From Eledone cirrhosa (lineage: Eukaryota): a DNA stretch of 64,000 nt. Where the stretch lies: the NCBI GenBank assembly GCA_964016885.1, contig OZ024743.1:57908001-57972000 (forward strand), given 5' to 3'. Below are positions 1 to 14,341 of this stretch, piece by piece. How positions within the stretch are numbered: position 1 is the stretch's first letter; each line of letters starts with the position of its first letter. A program made the position numbers and the translations under genes. Below the pieces are notes generated by a model. It had not been told where the DNA came from. It made no database searches and saw only the letters and a list, made by a program, of their open reading frames with translations.

Positions 1-72
1 TGCACGAAACCGCATCAAGGGAGAAAACTCTAGCCCCTGTCACTATCGTTCTTTTCCGGATATGATGCCTGT

Positions 73-420
73 GAAGGCGCATGGCTTAGTGGTTAGAACT
101 TTTTGGTTTGCAATCGTGAGGTTGTGAATTCGACTCCTGGAACGGCTGATCCATTGTGTCCTCGAGCAAGAAACTTTATTTCACGTTTCTCCAGTTTACT
201 CAGCTGTATAAATGAGTTGCAGTGTCACTGATGCCAAACTGTGTTGGCTTTTGATTTTCCCTTGGACATCATCAGTGGTGTGGAGAGAGTAGGCTAGTAT
301 ACATGGGCGACTGCTGGTCTTTCACAGTCAACTTTGTCGGGGCTTATGTCTCGGAGGGGAAATTTCTGGGTGCAAATCCCATGGGCATTCGTGATCGAAA
401 CGGATCATTACTTTTTATTT
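73..420 (+). mobile_element. tRNA-derived SINE (family S1) with CORE-like central block
   Basis: A-box-like TGGCTTAGTGG, B-box-like ATTCGACTCC, then GTGTCCTCGAGCAAGAAACTTT; reverse-complement copy at ~28555-28886. Confidence 0.75.
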
Positions 421-559
421 TTATTATTATGCTTGCTTCAAAGCATTGAGGTACATAGGCCCTTTCATATAATGGACTTGAACACACGCAGTGTTTGATT
501 TATGTGTACGGTTGGGAAAACAATATACCGCGTAATCCTTCTGAATTTATTTTCACATT

Positions 560-1720
560 TTCAAAACTCAATGCTTAAAACATTTAACATCTTCTACCGC
601 ATGAAACATCGTTAGCAAGAGGTCCTTGAGACGTACAAAACAGCATTATGACTCCATCATGTTATAAAGTAAAGTCTTTACTCTAATAGAGCAAATTTTC
701 TCAATACCCTGTTCAGTAGTATATATACTATAAACAATTGAATTAACAAAGCCGCATTTAGGTATTTTCTGCTAAATAATTCAGAGTTCCCACTACAGAA
801 ATACTATCACAACTGTGAAACATTGTGGATTGGGGGTATCGGTAGAGGGTCGGAACCTATGCTTTGCAGCAAAGAGTTACGGCTCTTTATGGTCTGAGTT
901 CAAATACCGCCGAGGTTAACTTTGCCTTTCATCCTTACAGGGTCGATAAAATAAAGTACCAGTAATACACTGGGATAATTGCTGGTGTTATGCCAAAAGT
1001 AGAAACAAATATTAGCTATGATAACTCTTAATGTTCTGTATCGTATGAAACCATATTAGCAAACGGTTCTTGAAAATTACAAAACAGCACTATCACAGCA
1101 TCGCATAACAACTTAAAATCTTTAGTCTAATACTGTAAACTTTTACAATCATCAGTTCACTAGTAAATAAACATGAAGCTACGCTAGCAAGATCTTCTCG
1201 AAAAACATAAAACAACAATGTGATTGTATCTCATTAAAAATTTGACATTTCTAAAATATAGTAAATTTTCAAAACAAACTTTTTTAGTGATATAGTAAAG
1301 ATATTTTAAACATTAGAATTATCAAACTAAGGTGCATGCATATATTTCTGCTAAATCGTCACCGGATATTAAGAATTAAAATTGCATATTGTCGCATCAA
1401 TCTGTCCGCTAGTAAAGACACTATAAACATTTGAATTAACAAACTCACATTTATCTATTTTGTCCTAAACCATTACAAAATATTAGAAATTAAATCAGAA
1501 AATTTCCACTCGAATCTATCTGCTAGTAAAGAGACTATAAGCATTAGAATTAATAAACTCAAGTATATATGTTTTCTGCTAAATCACTACAAGATAAGAA
1601 TTAATACTGCAAATGTCCACACCAATCTGTTCACAAGTAATGACATTATAAATATTTGAAATAAGAAACTCACATTGAGCTATTTTCTGCTAAACAATTA
1701 CAGGATATGAAGAATTAATT
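560..1720. repeat. Degenerate AT-rich tandem repeat, ~115-140 bp units, interrupted by a SINE
   Basis: Recurring ctagtaaagacactataaacatttgaattaacaaactcacat...ttttctgctaaa, clearest at ~1300-1720, related units at 570-820 and 1050-1300. Confidence 0.7.
826..1010 (+). mobile_element. tRNA-derived SINE (family S2) with Deu/Nin-like domain
   Basis: B box GAGTTCAAATAC then GGTTAACTTTGCCTTTCATCCTTACAGGGTCGATAAAATAAAGTACC; at least 8 related copies in the window. Confidence 0.8.
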
Positions 1721-2029
1721 GTGTTCTTTGTTGTACTTGTGATAAATGATAGAATCATTAGTTCAACCTCCTCTATCTATTAAAATCAATTGTTTATAAA
1801 TAGAAACAACTGAATGATTGCACCGAATATTTCGCATCTATTCATGTTTTGCTGCCACAGATTGGAATCTGGTAAATTTTCATAGAAACCTGCTAAGCAA
1901 GCAGTTTTGTTGGGGTTCTTTGCCGTTTTTGTGTTTTACTGTTATTTCTTATTTATTTTTCCAATTCTCCAGATAAAGAAAGAATTTGTCAGATAAGATC
2001 TGAAATATTTGAGGAATGTTTGATGTGCG

Positions 2030-2095
2030 TATGGGTGTGTATGTTTGTATGTGTGTATACTTATACACACATACATATATATATATATATGTATG

Positions 2096-2129
<34 letters not shown>

Positions 2130-2446
2130 TGTATGTATGTATGTATGTATGTATGTATGTATGAATGTTAGTTTGTATATGTGTGTGTATATCAAACTAT
2201 ACGTGTGTGCTGAGGATTCTTGACATAAAGGTTAATCCAGTGGGAATGACTTCATCGTATTTATGTCTTTGCTACACATATTAAATTCAAAGTAGTTATT
2301 TGCACTACACGACCTATAAATCGTATTTAGGTTCGCCACCATATATAGACATGTGTATATATATATTTATGTATGTACGCGTGCGTAGTGAGACGGAAAT
2401 AGATCGATATATATGTAAAGATAGTCAGACAGGTAGAAAATAGTAT

Positions 2447-2509
<63 letters not shown>

Positions 2510-2515
2510 TATGTA
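2030..2515. repeat. (TA)n, (TATG)n and (CA)n microsatellites
   Basis: Direct reading. Confidence 0.95.
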
Positions 2516-2624
2516 TATATAGTTTAGAGATTGTAACGTCCAGCTTCTGTAGGTTCACAAAAGTGAGCACTCGGTGCGTAGTTTTCAGCAGGTATATTGG
2601 TGCTGCATTAAGCACAGTGTAATA

Positions 2625-5465
2625 AAAGTAATAATAATGATTTCATTTATTGGCCACAAGGGCCGACATCTAGGGGACAATACAAAGACAGGGGCGTTGG
2701 GGGTTTACAATAAGGTCGAGTAAAAGTGCGCAATGGTAAGACCAATTCAGCAATGAAGATATAAAAAATATAAAATAAACTATGCATAAATATAACAAAA
2801 TAAATTCCCCTATAGGGGTGGATAACGCTGGAGTGACTCAGGTACCCCACCAATCCTGTACCACCCTGTGCTTCTAGGGTACCCAGGGAGAGCACCCCCT
2901 CCTCAAGTTAGCTAGCCTATAGGCGCATGGTCAGAGTAGGCCCATTCACACGGCCATTCTCGCCACATTCATCCACCTTTTAGCAAATGTACTGGGGTGG
3001 GGGAGCACTTCCCTCACCACACCCACCTTCCTTTCCAGGTGAAACTTGAAGAAGTTGAAGAGAAAAGTGTCTGTCTTCAGTCCTTTCAATCTGGTCCACC
3101 ATATAACCGCTTTCGCAACGGCCACCAGACAGAGGAAAATGTCCTGCTCTTCCTGACCAAAGGAAGGTGGCGTGTAGATCTTCACTATGTACTCGGCCGA
3201 TAGCCGGATCCGTTCCACACGTGACAGTAACTGTCCGACATAACTCCACAAGTCAGTAATGCACGGACATTGGACAAGTGCGTGCATAACGGTTTCGTCG
3301 CTCTGTGCGCATCTTGGGCAGGTCCGCCTGACAGCACTTCCGTGCCTGTAGATTTTATCCCGAACCGGCAGTGCCCCCCCGGTAGCACTGCCAAGCGAAG
3401 GATTTCTGGAAATTGTCCATCATCCCCGGCTCGAAAGTCCTCCGGTACAGACTTGTCAGTGCGACTTCGTCGAGGCCCAAAGCTTCCCCGAGTGCATCAT
3501 CGCACTTGCCCACCACTAATCCTCTATAGAACTCGAGAGTGGAAGTTCCACTGATCGCATTGCCAGCTTGGTAGAGGGCAGTGAGTGCCTGGCAACATTC
3601 CAGGTGCCAGTCACGCAGTCCCGGTCTCTTCTTGACCCAGGACTGCAGCTCAGTCAAAGAGACGAGCTGCGGAAAGGCCCGTCTGATAAACGGCGACCAC
3701 ACCTGTTCACCGTTTAAGCAGAATATCTGGAGATGTCGCAGCCTCAGCGCATATCTGCGCATCATTAGCCACGGCATGCCCAGCCTTCCGCGTAGAGGGT
3801 GCTGGCAGCAGATGGACCGCCTCACCAACGGAACTTTTCCCCTTCACAAGAATTTGAAGAAGAGCCGTTCCAATTTTACGAGGCGCGGACTGGGGCAAGG
3901 CATGACGGTCAGGTGTTAGTAGATGACGGACGCGATGTACGCACTCTCCACCTCCGCGCGATCTTTCAGCGATAGCTTCCTCGCAGCCCATTTATGGATG
4001 TGACTGGCTACTCTGCTCGTTACCCTGTAGGGGCGTAGACCGCCAGCAGTCTAAAGGCACCACCTTCGCTACTGCTCACATCCAAGACCACCAACTTACC
4101 GTCCGGGTACCGGAAGATCGACCTTACCTCGAGATCTAATCCTTTCCTAAACAGCACTTTCACCCCACCTCCCATTCCTGGCCCGCTAACAGATGCGAAG
4201 ATCTGATAGTCGTCAAAAATGGGGGCTAGTGGGCGCGTGTCGGAAATTCTGGTCTTGCTAACGGCAATCACATCCATTTCCAGAGACCTGAGGTCGTTGA
4301 GCAGGCGACAATGCTTCCAGGGTGACCCCAGGCCGCGAACATTTAAACTTACTACTCTTAATATGGCCATGTTGGCAAGCTAAAAGAGAGAGGGAAGGTT
4401 TACTTACCTCCCGGGGTCTTGTGAAGGTCGGGTGGTTCGACCTCCATGGTTGGTAGGGTTTCTTTTGGGAACCCCTTTAAAAGTCTCGATGTGGGTCTCA
4501 CATTCGGGGTTCCCACGTCCTGAGGAAAGCTCTCCCGAATTTCTTTGAAGGAATTGAGCGACACTAGGACCGGAAGCAAATCTTCTGGCACGCAAAATGT
4601 GCTCATTTCAAAAATCTCCCCCTCTGTTTGAATATCCACGCTTCGTGCTAAGAGGGCCATCAGTTTATCCTTGGCCCTTCTGAGAAGCACGAAGTTTTTA
4701 ATATTTTGTTGGTGTGGTTTTATTTGCTTTCGTTTTGGTGACTGTGGTGGTGATGGTTTTGGTGGTGTTGTTTCGGGTATGTCTGTGTTTGTTGTAGGTG
4801 TGGTGTCTGCAATTTCAGGTATGTGTGTGTTATATTTGTTCTTGTGTTTGTTTAGGTTGTTTGCGTTTCGGGGATTGTGGGGGTGGTCTTGGTGTTGATG
4901 TTGGTGCTGATGTTATTGGGGAAGTGTTTACGTTAGTGGTATCTGTATTTTGTTGTGTATCTTTTTGTGTTTTGTTGGGGCTTTTTGTGAGTTTTCTCTA
5001 TTTTTTGGCACTTTTTGGGTTTCCTTCATCTTCGCTGCTGAAGACAAAGGGTCTGTGGCTGTGAGTGTATCTGTGTCTGTGTGTGCCTTTATTGTTTTGT
5101 ATATGTGTATTATTGGGTGCGTAGGGGGCGTTGGAGAGCTCTCCTCGCTTTCCCCTTGGATTAGTTTTGATGTTGGTGGTGTTACCCGTGTCTTTGTTGG
5201 TGTTGTTTTTAGTGGTGGTGGTGCAGCTTTCCGTGCTGACACTGGCGTTGGCAACAAAGTAGGTTTGCGACCCCCTGCTTTTTTGAGCTGAGGGCTGAAG
5301 GTTTGCAGATGCGTTGCTTCCCCGCAGACGAAGCAGTGCGGCCTTCTACCCTCAGTGATTAATTGGATTGTTGTCCCGTCCTTCAGGAGGTGGTGATGTC
5401 ATTTTGAGATGGTACTGCTACTTGTCTTGTTTCTGTATTCATTGGGATGGGTGACAGGCTTGTCT

Positions 5466-5551
<86 letters not shown>

Positions 5552-5820
5552 TGTGGTGAGATTTATAGTAGCTGATTTTGAACTTTTGACCTGTATGTTG
5601 TTTACTGTTTCAAAGTCGAAATTTTCCCTATTTTTTTTTATTTTTGGTCGCGAAGCGATTTTTAAAATAAATCTGCAAATCTGAATATAAATCTGGATAT
5701 TCGGGCTTAAAGCCCGAATATTGAGAGGTTTCCCCTCCTTGGAACCAAGGTGGGTACCTTATTCTTCGTTATCGACAAGAAAATACAAAAAATGATACTT
5801 TAAAACAGGTTAAAGTTACA
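2625..5820 (-). mobile_element. Tx1/L1-group LINE, internally deleted, inactive
   Basis: ORF2 start MAILRVVSLNVRG (APE endonuclease), C-terminal ...HALVQC knuckle, AATAAA plus (ATT)n tail; colinear with 47910-53652 but lacks ~1.9 kb including the RT core (junction ~4024) and part of ORF1 (~5385). Confidence 0.9.
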
Positions 5821-6044
5821 ATAAAAATGACAAAGTATTAGATCTTCATTACATTTATTGAGATGTGACGCACGTTTCACGATTGATCAGTTCAAGGCTC
5901 GATCTGTATCGATCGGGCCCGAATCTGGAATCAAACGCTCGTCGGAGAATAGTCGATTGTTTTCTCTCAGCTTCCCGCTGGAATAAAAGGATGAAGTTGT
6001 TCATCTACCACGTGTTTTTTTATGAGGCTGTTTATAACGTTATG

Positions 6045-6415
6045 ATTATCAGTAGAGGGTCGGACGCCATGCTTTGCCGCAAAGAGTTACGGCCCTTTCC
6101 ATTCTGAGTTCAAATCCCATCGAGGTTAACTTTGCCTTTCATCCTTACGGGGTCAATAAAATAAAGTACCAGTAATACACTGGTTAATTGGTGGCCTTGT
6201 GCCAGGAGTAGAAACAATTACAATATCAACATTATAAAGGCAGTAACGGTAGATTGTCAGATACCATGCTTTTCAGGATAGAGTTGTGGCCCTCTACATT
6301 CTGAGTTCAAACCCCGCTGAGGTTAGCTTTGCCTTTCATCCTTACGGAGTTGATAAATAAAGTACCAGTAATGCACTGGGTATTTGCTGGTCTTGTGCCC
6401 AAAGTAGAAACAATT
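6045..6415 (+). mobile_element. Two tandem family S2 SINEs
   Basis: Two copies of GAGTTCAAA...TTTGCCTTTCATCCTTACGG...AAAGTACCAGTAAT...GTAGAAACAATTA. Confidence 0.85.
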
Positions 6416-6459
6416 ATTATAATATTATTAACTCACAAATGCATTTAATAATCCAGCAC

Positions 6460-6516
<57 letters not shown>

Positions 6517-6789
6517 GTTGACGGTTGAGAGAAAGGAGTACTCAATACCGAAATAGAGTTTAAATAAAACGTTTGTTGTCAACGACCTGACATCTGACTC
6601 ACTCTCTTTTTATTTCTCGCTCTTTTTCTCACTGTCTGTATGTATAATTCTATCTATCTATCGTCCCTCGTTCTATCTATCTATCTATCTATATATAGAG
6701 AGAGAGGGAAACATGACTTCAGCTCTCACTCCCTCCACTCTCTAGCTAATTAAAACGTAATATGTGTATTTCTGTGTGTGTGTTTCACA

Positions 6790-7110
6790 ATCATTAGGTT
6801 CCAAGTTCCATCACACTGCATGGCATATTTAGCAATTGTCATTTACCATAACCTGGGATCGACCCAATCCTTGTAAATAAAAATGGGTTGACGGAACCTG
6901 TATGAGGGGATGTCAGCTGTACTTTACCAATAATAAAAAAAAAACAGCCTTGTCATACACTGTGTCACGCTAAATAACCCCGAGAACTACATTAGGGGGT
7001 ACATGTGTCCGTGAGATGTTCAGCCTCTTACACGTTAAATACATAAGCAGACTGTATTTTGTTAGGACAACTAGAACACTCATCGTCGAAACCGATGGAG
7101 GTCCATTCTT
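6790..7110 (+). mobile_element. Degenerate SINE (family S3)
   Basis: Shares gccttgtca...tgtcacgctgaa...gagaactac...aaccgatggag with copies at ~13980-14280, ~16200-16420 and (minus) ~13140-13410. Confidence 0.6.
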
Positions 7111-7329
7111 TATTAATTATTCAACTGATGTTAGTTTCTTAATTGTTGAAGAGAGTTAAAATATTTTCAGTAAAACAAGAATTATGGAAGAACATAGAGA
7201 GAATCGTTTTATTATCATTATTTTTTTTTTTTGTACATTTTAAGATATCATTTGTTATTTGACCTTTTCCACAAAAATATTAAATATCTTGTATGCTATT
7301 TTTTTCCATTCGAAACATGAATACACACT

Positions 7330-7435
7330 ACAACTATAACAACAACAAGATAAAAGTAAAAAAAAAAACACAACTCTAGCTGCAAAAACAAAAATAGTAG
7401 CATCACATGAAAATGTACAACAGTAACAACAGTAA

Positions 7436-7494
<59 letters not shown>

Positions 7495-7638
7495 ACAACA
7501 ACAACAACAACAACAACAACATCAACAGCAGCAGCAGCAACGGTAAGAGCAACAATATCAGCATCAACAAAAAACGACAATAGTAACAATAACAGAATCA
7601 ACAAAAAACAACAACAACAGTAGCAGCAGGAGCAGCTG

Positions 7639-7669
<31 letters not shown>

Positions 7670-7800
7670 AAGAATATCAACAACAATAGCAGTATCAACA
7701 AGACCAACAACAACAATAATAATTGCAGCAGCAGAAGCAGCAGCAGCAACAACAACAACAACTACAACATTAACAATTAGAACACCAATTACTACTACTG

Positions 7801-7849
<49 letters not shown>

Positions 7850-7987
7850 AAGTGCAACAACAACAACAACAAACACATCATCAACAATAGCGGAAACAAA
7901 AACAACAACAACAACAACAACACGGAAGAAACAACAATAAAAATGGCTGCAAATACAAAGAAAGCAAGTAGCGTGAGGAAGATAGAA

Positions 7988-8018
<31 letters not shown>

Positions 8019-8060
8019 AAGAAGAAGAAGAAGAAGAAGAACAACAACAACAACAACAAG
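7330..8060. repeat. Compound trinucleotide array (CAG)n/(CAA)n/(CTA)n/(GAA)n
   Basis: Direct reading. Confidence 0.95.
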
Positions 8061-8899
8061 AAATGTAGTAAAATAAAATAGAATGGACCTCCGTTGGTTA
8101 GACGTTCTATGCTCTAATTGTTCCGTCAACAGAAGAGCCAGTTTGTGGAATTAACGTTTAAGTGGCTGAGCATTCCATTCACCGATGTAACCATACGTAG
8201 TTTTCAGGGAGATTTAGTGTGTGGTAACTCTGGCTATTTGAATTACAAGTGCAGTGCATTAGATAGGCTTCAAAACAATCTCCACCTAATTATTTGAATC
8301 ACAAGGCTTGGGTTAACCAGAGGCTATGATAGATGATTCTTAATAGGATCGAGTCAGGGGTTTTATGATTGGGAAGCAAACGTCTTATTTCAGAATTGTA
8401 TTTTAATATACATAAATATATTATATCAATTATATTTTACAAACAAAACATATACAATGATGGAAATATTTAAATAAAGGATAAAAACAAAATTAAGTAA
8501 TGAAAAAGGGGGAGTTAAGGGTAAAGAAGGGCAGATCTGGTTGTATATGAAAGTAAAGGAAAGGACTATAAATGCCATAATGTGAAGAAAAGGGGAAAAA
8601 GAACAAGGACTATTAGGTCACGGAAGAAAGAGAGGGGGAAAGGAGATGGTGACAGGCTCTACGCCTAGAGCGGGGTGGTGTTTCCTCTCCATACACCCTC
8701 ATTGCAAAGTTATTTCCGCCCACCAAATCCAGGCACACCCGCTGCAATTCCATCCCATCTGGTGGGCTTCCTTTCTCAGATGGGCTGATTGTTGCACCCA
8801 CAAACACAAGTAACCCCATGCTGTGAAGTAGCAATGATAACAGCAAAAAATATTTTAATGGTTACAGTCATTGTATTGTTGATATTGTGGTTATATATA

Positions 8900-9075
<176 letters not shown>

Positions 9076-9306
9076 ATGCTTACGCATGTGCTCAAGTATA
9101 GCTCTTTTTACAAAATGGTTTTCTTTCCATTTCAGGTAGACGCGCGCCATCATCCACTTTTCTTAAAAACATATCATACACAAAACGCCAGCACCAACAG
9201 TTTTGCAAGAGATGTCAACATGAATGGACCTATTATTTTTATCTAAAGACATTTTTTTCCAATTCCATCCGGCCCGTCCCCTCAATCTATCTTATTTCTC
9301 ATTCTT

Positions 9307-9342
9307 TCTTCTGATGAAGGACTAGCATTCGAAACGTTAAGA
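9307..9342 (+). ncRNA. Minimal type I hammerhead ribozyme motif
   Basis: tctt-CTGATGA-aggactagcattc-GAAAC-GTT-aaga: stem I tctt/aaga, palindromic AACGTT in place of stem III; lies in a ~350 bp island between (CA)n and (TA)n. Confidence 0.6.
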
Positions 9343-9426
9343 CCCTCTTCCTGCTATATCAAGCGTTAACCTAATACATACCTTCCATATACTTTACCGA
9401 TTACGTTGTTATTTCTGTTTACCTTT

Positions 9427-9466
<40 letters not shown>

Positions 9467-9704
9467 AATAAGCAATGTTGTCTCAAAGACCGAGATGGAG
9501 TGCGAGTGTATTAGAATTCATAGAATAATGAGAAGAATCTCAACGCAAGAGTAGCTGTTAGTAAAATGTTGTTAATTACATCGGGTAAAACATTACCTCA
9601 AAGGTCAGAAATTAGTGATATGAAAAATGATAGGAAGAAACAAATAAAGGAAAAATGAACGAGACAAGATCACATACACATCCCAGACTGGCTATGGTTT
9701 CGCA

Positions 9705-9751
<47 letters not shown>

Positions 9752-9897
9752 TGTGGTGATGATTTGTTTAACCACCATCTCAGTGTTTGGCCCTTAACGT
9801 ATGTTGTAGCTCTGATTCATATGAATCATCGAGCGCTTGCCACACATCTCGGAAGTTGATTTTCGTTAATTCCTGAGCTGAAGTACGATTCTCGCTA

Positions 9898-9940
<43 letters not shown>

Positions 9941-9942
<2 letters not shown>

Positions 9943-10139
9943 AACGAGTAGGACCCCGACGGCTGAGCTCAAGCCGTTTCGCCGTTTCTGGACTAAAATT
10001 TTAATGCAGAATTAGCCGTCGAAACGGCTTGAGCTCAGCCGTCGGGGTCCTACTCGTTCCTATTACCCACTCTACTACCCTAAGTTTTGAGTACTTTGGT
10101 GCGTTATGGTCCATCTGGTTCCTTACCACACTTCCTTCG

Positions 10140-10140
<1 letters not shown>
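9941..10140 (+). mobile_element. Miniature fold-back PLE pseudo-LTR derivative (family A)
   Basis: Inverted arms 9941-9986 / 10014-10060 plus ~80 nt one-sided tail ending CCTTACCACACTTCCTTCGT; (TA)n on both sides. Confidence 0.8.
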
Positions 10141-10203
<63 letters not shown>

Positions 10204-10374
10204 GGAGATAGAGAAATTATAAATGTGGCTCGTTTTTTATATATACATATAATCATCATTATCATTATATATTTATGCATATGAATATATAATATATTTC
10301 ATTAAAATAAATAATAAATGTGATTCGTTTTTTGTATACACATATAATTATCATCATTGATATTGTGAAGGGTA

Positions 10375-11065
10375 CCAGAAGGCGTCAGATCAAAGAACGT
10401 CAAAGCTATAACTTTTATTGACTTCAAAATAGCTTTTGAATCCATCCATAAAGGAATTCCAAGTTTTATGTGGCATATCTTATGTCATAGTTTCTGCATT
10501 AAATGTGCTCTACATAAAAATGGATGCTAGTGTTCTCTTTGCTGTTGGTGATACCGAGTTTTTTGAAATACCAGCGTGTGTCCTTTAAGGTGCGACATAA
10601 TCGCTCTGGACTATGCCACGAGGGAAGTCGATGTTAATGAACAAGATCTCGGCTTCATATTCACACAAAGAAGAAGTAAGCGAACCCCACCAACAGTTAT
10701 ATGTGATATAGATTTTGCTGATGACATAACTCTTCTACCAAATACCATTGATCAAGCTCCATAAAGTCGAATTCTTTGCCAGGAAAATAGGTTTACACAT
10801 AAATCTTACCAAGACTGAGTAGATGTCAATAAACCAAGAATATAGAAATTTTGACACACTGGATAGCGGAATGCTAAATGGAGTTGGTGCATTTCTATAT
10901 TTGGGTAGCTGGATGAGTTCATCAAAAAAGGACATTTTCAAAGTCTGGGCTGCAATGAACAAAATGGAAAGGATATGGAAATCAGATCTACCCATAAAAT
11001 CAAAATAGCATTCGTCAGAGCTTCTAATGTGCTAGTGTTTTTGTATGGATCAGGTACCTTGGTGT
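10375..11065 (+). pseudogene. Degenerate RTE-group LINE RT fragment
   Basis: FIDFK.AF, DIDFADDITLL, GLHINLTKTE, FLYLGSWM motifs broken by stops and frameshifts. Confidence 0.8.
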
Positions 11066-11149
11066 ATAAATATATACACATATATAATATATAGGCATGA
11101 AACATGCCAGAAAATACGATATTATGAAGAAATATACGATATATTAAGA

Positions 11150-11870
11150 AATAACATTACGCTCATCGCAGAAAGTACCAGGGAGCTTCAGACCATGCTG
11201 GAGGAGTTGAAAACCAGAGATTCGTCGGTCTACTTGAGGTCAATCGTGCGAAAATAAAACACATCGGTCAAGTTGTGGTTGGAGGCGATGAAATCAAGGA
11301 GGTTGAAAATTATGTGTATCTCAGCCAAGCTATAACCATGGAACGTGACATGAGTAATGACATTTGCCAGAGAATAAGATCAGGCTGGGTAGTGTTCAAC
11401 TCAGTGAAGGGTGTGCTGAAAGCAAACCCTGACAAAGCCAGTCGCGCAAACCTCTTCAACAGCACAGTCCAGCCTGCAATGCTCGATACAAATGAAACGT
11501 GGGCAGCGACGAAGACGGTGGAACAATGGTTAAAAACGGTGCAAAGAACCATGGAAAGGTCGATGCAAAGAATCTCCCTGAGAGATCATATCTGAAACGA
11601 GCAGATCAGGGAAAGTACCGGAGGGAAGGACGTTATTGCCGAGTACCGTCTGAAAAACTCAGATAAGCCGGACATGTTGCATGGTTCACTGATAATCGGT
11701 GGACTCGTACAGTTGTTGAGAGGTATTCGTGCGAGCGGAAACGACCACTTGAAAGTCCTCCACTCAGATGGATTGACGGTATAAATAGAATAATGGGATC
11801 GCAATGGAAAAGGAGAGTGAGATCAAGAACGGAATAGATAAAAGGCTGTGGGCAGCGGATTCAAATTCGA
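11150..11870 (+). pseudogene. 5'-truncated RTE-clade LINE 3' end
   Basis: EVENYVYL, RIRSGW..F, LFNSTV.PAML..NETW, QRTMERSM..ISLRDHI; typical RTE C-terminus. Confidence 0.85.
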
Positions 11871-12004
11871 TCATTTAGCCGGTGAAGGTGATATATTATG
11901 TAGTGCGCTAGCAGCCGATAATTAGAGTTCATGCTAGTAATTAAGATATATATTAAGACGTGCGCAGATATAACTTTATAATACGCTACGGCTGCTAGCG
12001 CATT

Positions 12005-12109
<105 letters not shown>

Positions 12110-12708
12110 CATTAAAACATATGATAAATGCAACACGTTGTGGACGTTCATAAGTTTCAGTCCGTGAGAGCGAGCGAAACGGAGAGTATGGTGTGAAACA
12201 TGTGGACTTCTGTCACAAATCATATTTATTTTAATCTGAAATATATTAATATTATTTTTGACGAAATATCTAGCTCATAAGCCTTAAACTGAAAATGACA
12301 TCAACTAGCCAATCCAAAATCATGGTAGAAGAGACAGTCTTCTCATGCAATTAATATGTAATTGCATTCCATAGAAACAAGTACCATTAACTTAGTTCTC
12401 AGAGAAATCCAGCTTGACACAGAGTGACAAGCTTTACCTTTTATATTACTCCTATTTTCAACTCCTATTTTCCAGTTGAGTGAACTGGAGCAGTGTGAAA
12501 TCAGTCTCTAGCTCAAGAATACAACATGCTCAGGAATGAATTAAACGTATCTTCTTACGATTGTGAGCCAAACCTCCTAACTACTAAATCACGTGTCTTC
12601 CTTCAGTAAAATATCATACAACCATAATACAGATATTTTTTGTTATGAAATACGTGACAAAATATTTGGCAAAACAGCAAGTTTCAAGAGATACTTGTGT
12701 GTGTGTGT

Positions 12709-12779
<71 letters not shown>

Positions 12780-14341
12780 CGTGCGCGCGTGTGTGTACAT
12801 GTATGTATGTGTGAATGTGTGTATGGATGTATTTTCGTGTGAATGTGCGTGTTTGTGTGTATGTGTATGTATCATAACAAATGATAACTAAGCATAGGAT
12901 GTATCGGTGGCGGACTATATTATCACGTAGAAGATGGTTTATTTATAAATAGTCAAGTGAAATGCTATAATGGAGTAATTTCTTTTTTCAAAATGGTGTA
13001 ATAGAATAAACCACGTGATTAGTGGTCATGGTGTTAAACTCTTGATAATAAGGTCGTGTGTTCGATTCCTGTACTGGCTGGAGTGCCAGGAGTTGCGAAA
13101 CGTATAATGTTATACTGAACCTCTATCGATTTCGACCATAAGTCTTCCAGTGGTTCAATCAACGGAACCTCCTGCTCGTGAAATAGATAATCCGACATAT
13201 TTTACAGAATCTTCCATATTACAGGTTCTTGTTAGAAGGGGAATAATGGTATAGAACCGTCGTTAGCTCCAGTTGTTCGATAAAAGGGATAAGTCTGCAC
13301 GTGGAACTGACGTGTAAATGGTTAAGCATTCCATAAACATGGTGTACCCTTAACGTAATTCTCAAAGAGATTCAGCATGACACACTGTGTGACAAGGCAG
13401 TATCTGTGAATTACAGAAAAAAATCTACCGAACGGGTTTCCGTACAGTTTCCATCTATCCAGTTTCATTAATTTGGTAACTACACATACTAATATGCTTC
13501 ATGGATGTGATCTAATAATATCAAAACATGTCAGGAGTTGTCGACCGTAGACCCCAAGCTCAGATTAAAGTAATATTTGCCATTGAACATATGGTTTCTT
13601 CTCCGAACTAAAATATTAATAATTAAATGTATAGATATTTTCTTCCTAATTGCATTAAATATTATGCCACTAACACTACAGGATAATTAACTAAACTGAA
13701 TTAATTCTATAGTAATAATACAGGGTATCCAAAAATTCACTCCTCAATTTTATATACATATTTATGTAAAATTGTCTAGTGACTTTTAGGACAGCCTGTA
13801 CTTGTAAATATATAGTAATAACGGATATCCAAAATACTTCTTCAATGTAATAATTGAACCATGTCTTAAATTCCTGGTAAAATTTGACCTCACATACTAA
13901 AAGAGAGTAACAATTGATGTATGAAATATTTTTTGAATGTAGTAGACGCAGTACAACCAAAGGGATAAGAAGTTCAGTTGGCAGTCAATAGGTGTCGGGT
14001 TCGATCCCGTGGTGGGGAATCTTGGTCAAGAACCATTTAACATTGTCTTGTGTGAATCCTTCTCATGTGAGTGAAACTGGGTGAATGGAAACTGTTTGTA
14101 AGCCCGTCGTAAGGACTGTAACTGTAATTTAAAGGGTTAGTTTTGTCACTCTCTGTATCCCGCTGAATCCCCTTGAAAATTAACCTAACTTGTCTGTAAA
14201 ATGCTTGGCTACTTGCAGGTTAATTTCATGAGCAGATTGATCCATTGACCGACCCATCATCAAAACCGATGGAGCTTCATTCCTTTCTTAAATGTAAAAT
14301 ATAAATCTGGCCACGTATGTCCTTTGCAAGATTTGAACTCA

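Noticed and set aside
73-150. tRNA gene
   Set aside because: A/B boxes belong to a SINE head; no complete cloverleaf or terminator.
560-1720. CRISPR-like appearance of periodic repeats
   Set aside because: Whole units are degenerate repeats with no unique spacers, no cas genes, and the context is eukaryotic.
13760-13900. Possible minus-strand exon after CTCTCTTTTAG
   Set aside because: No recognisable protein similarity, no convincing donor site and no partner exons.
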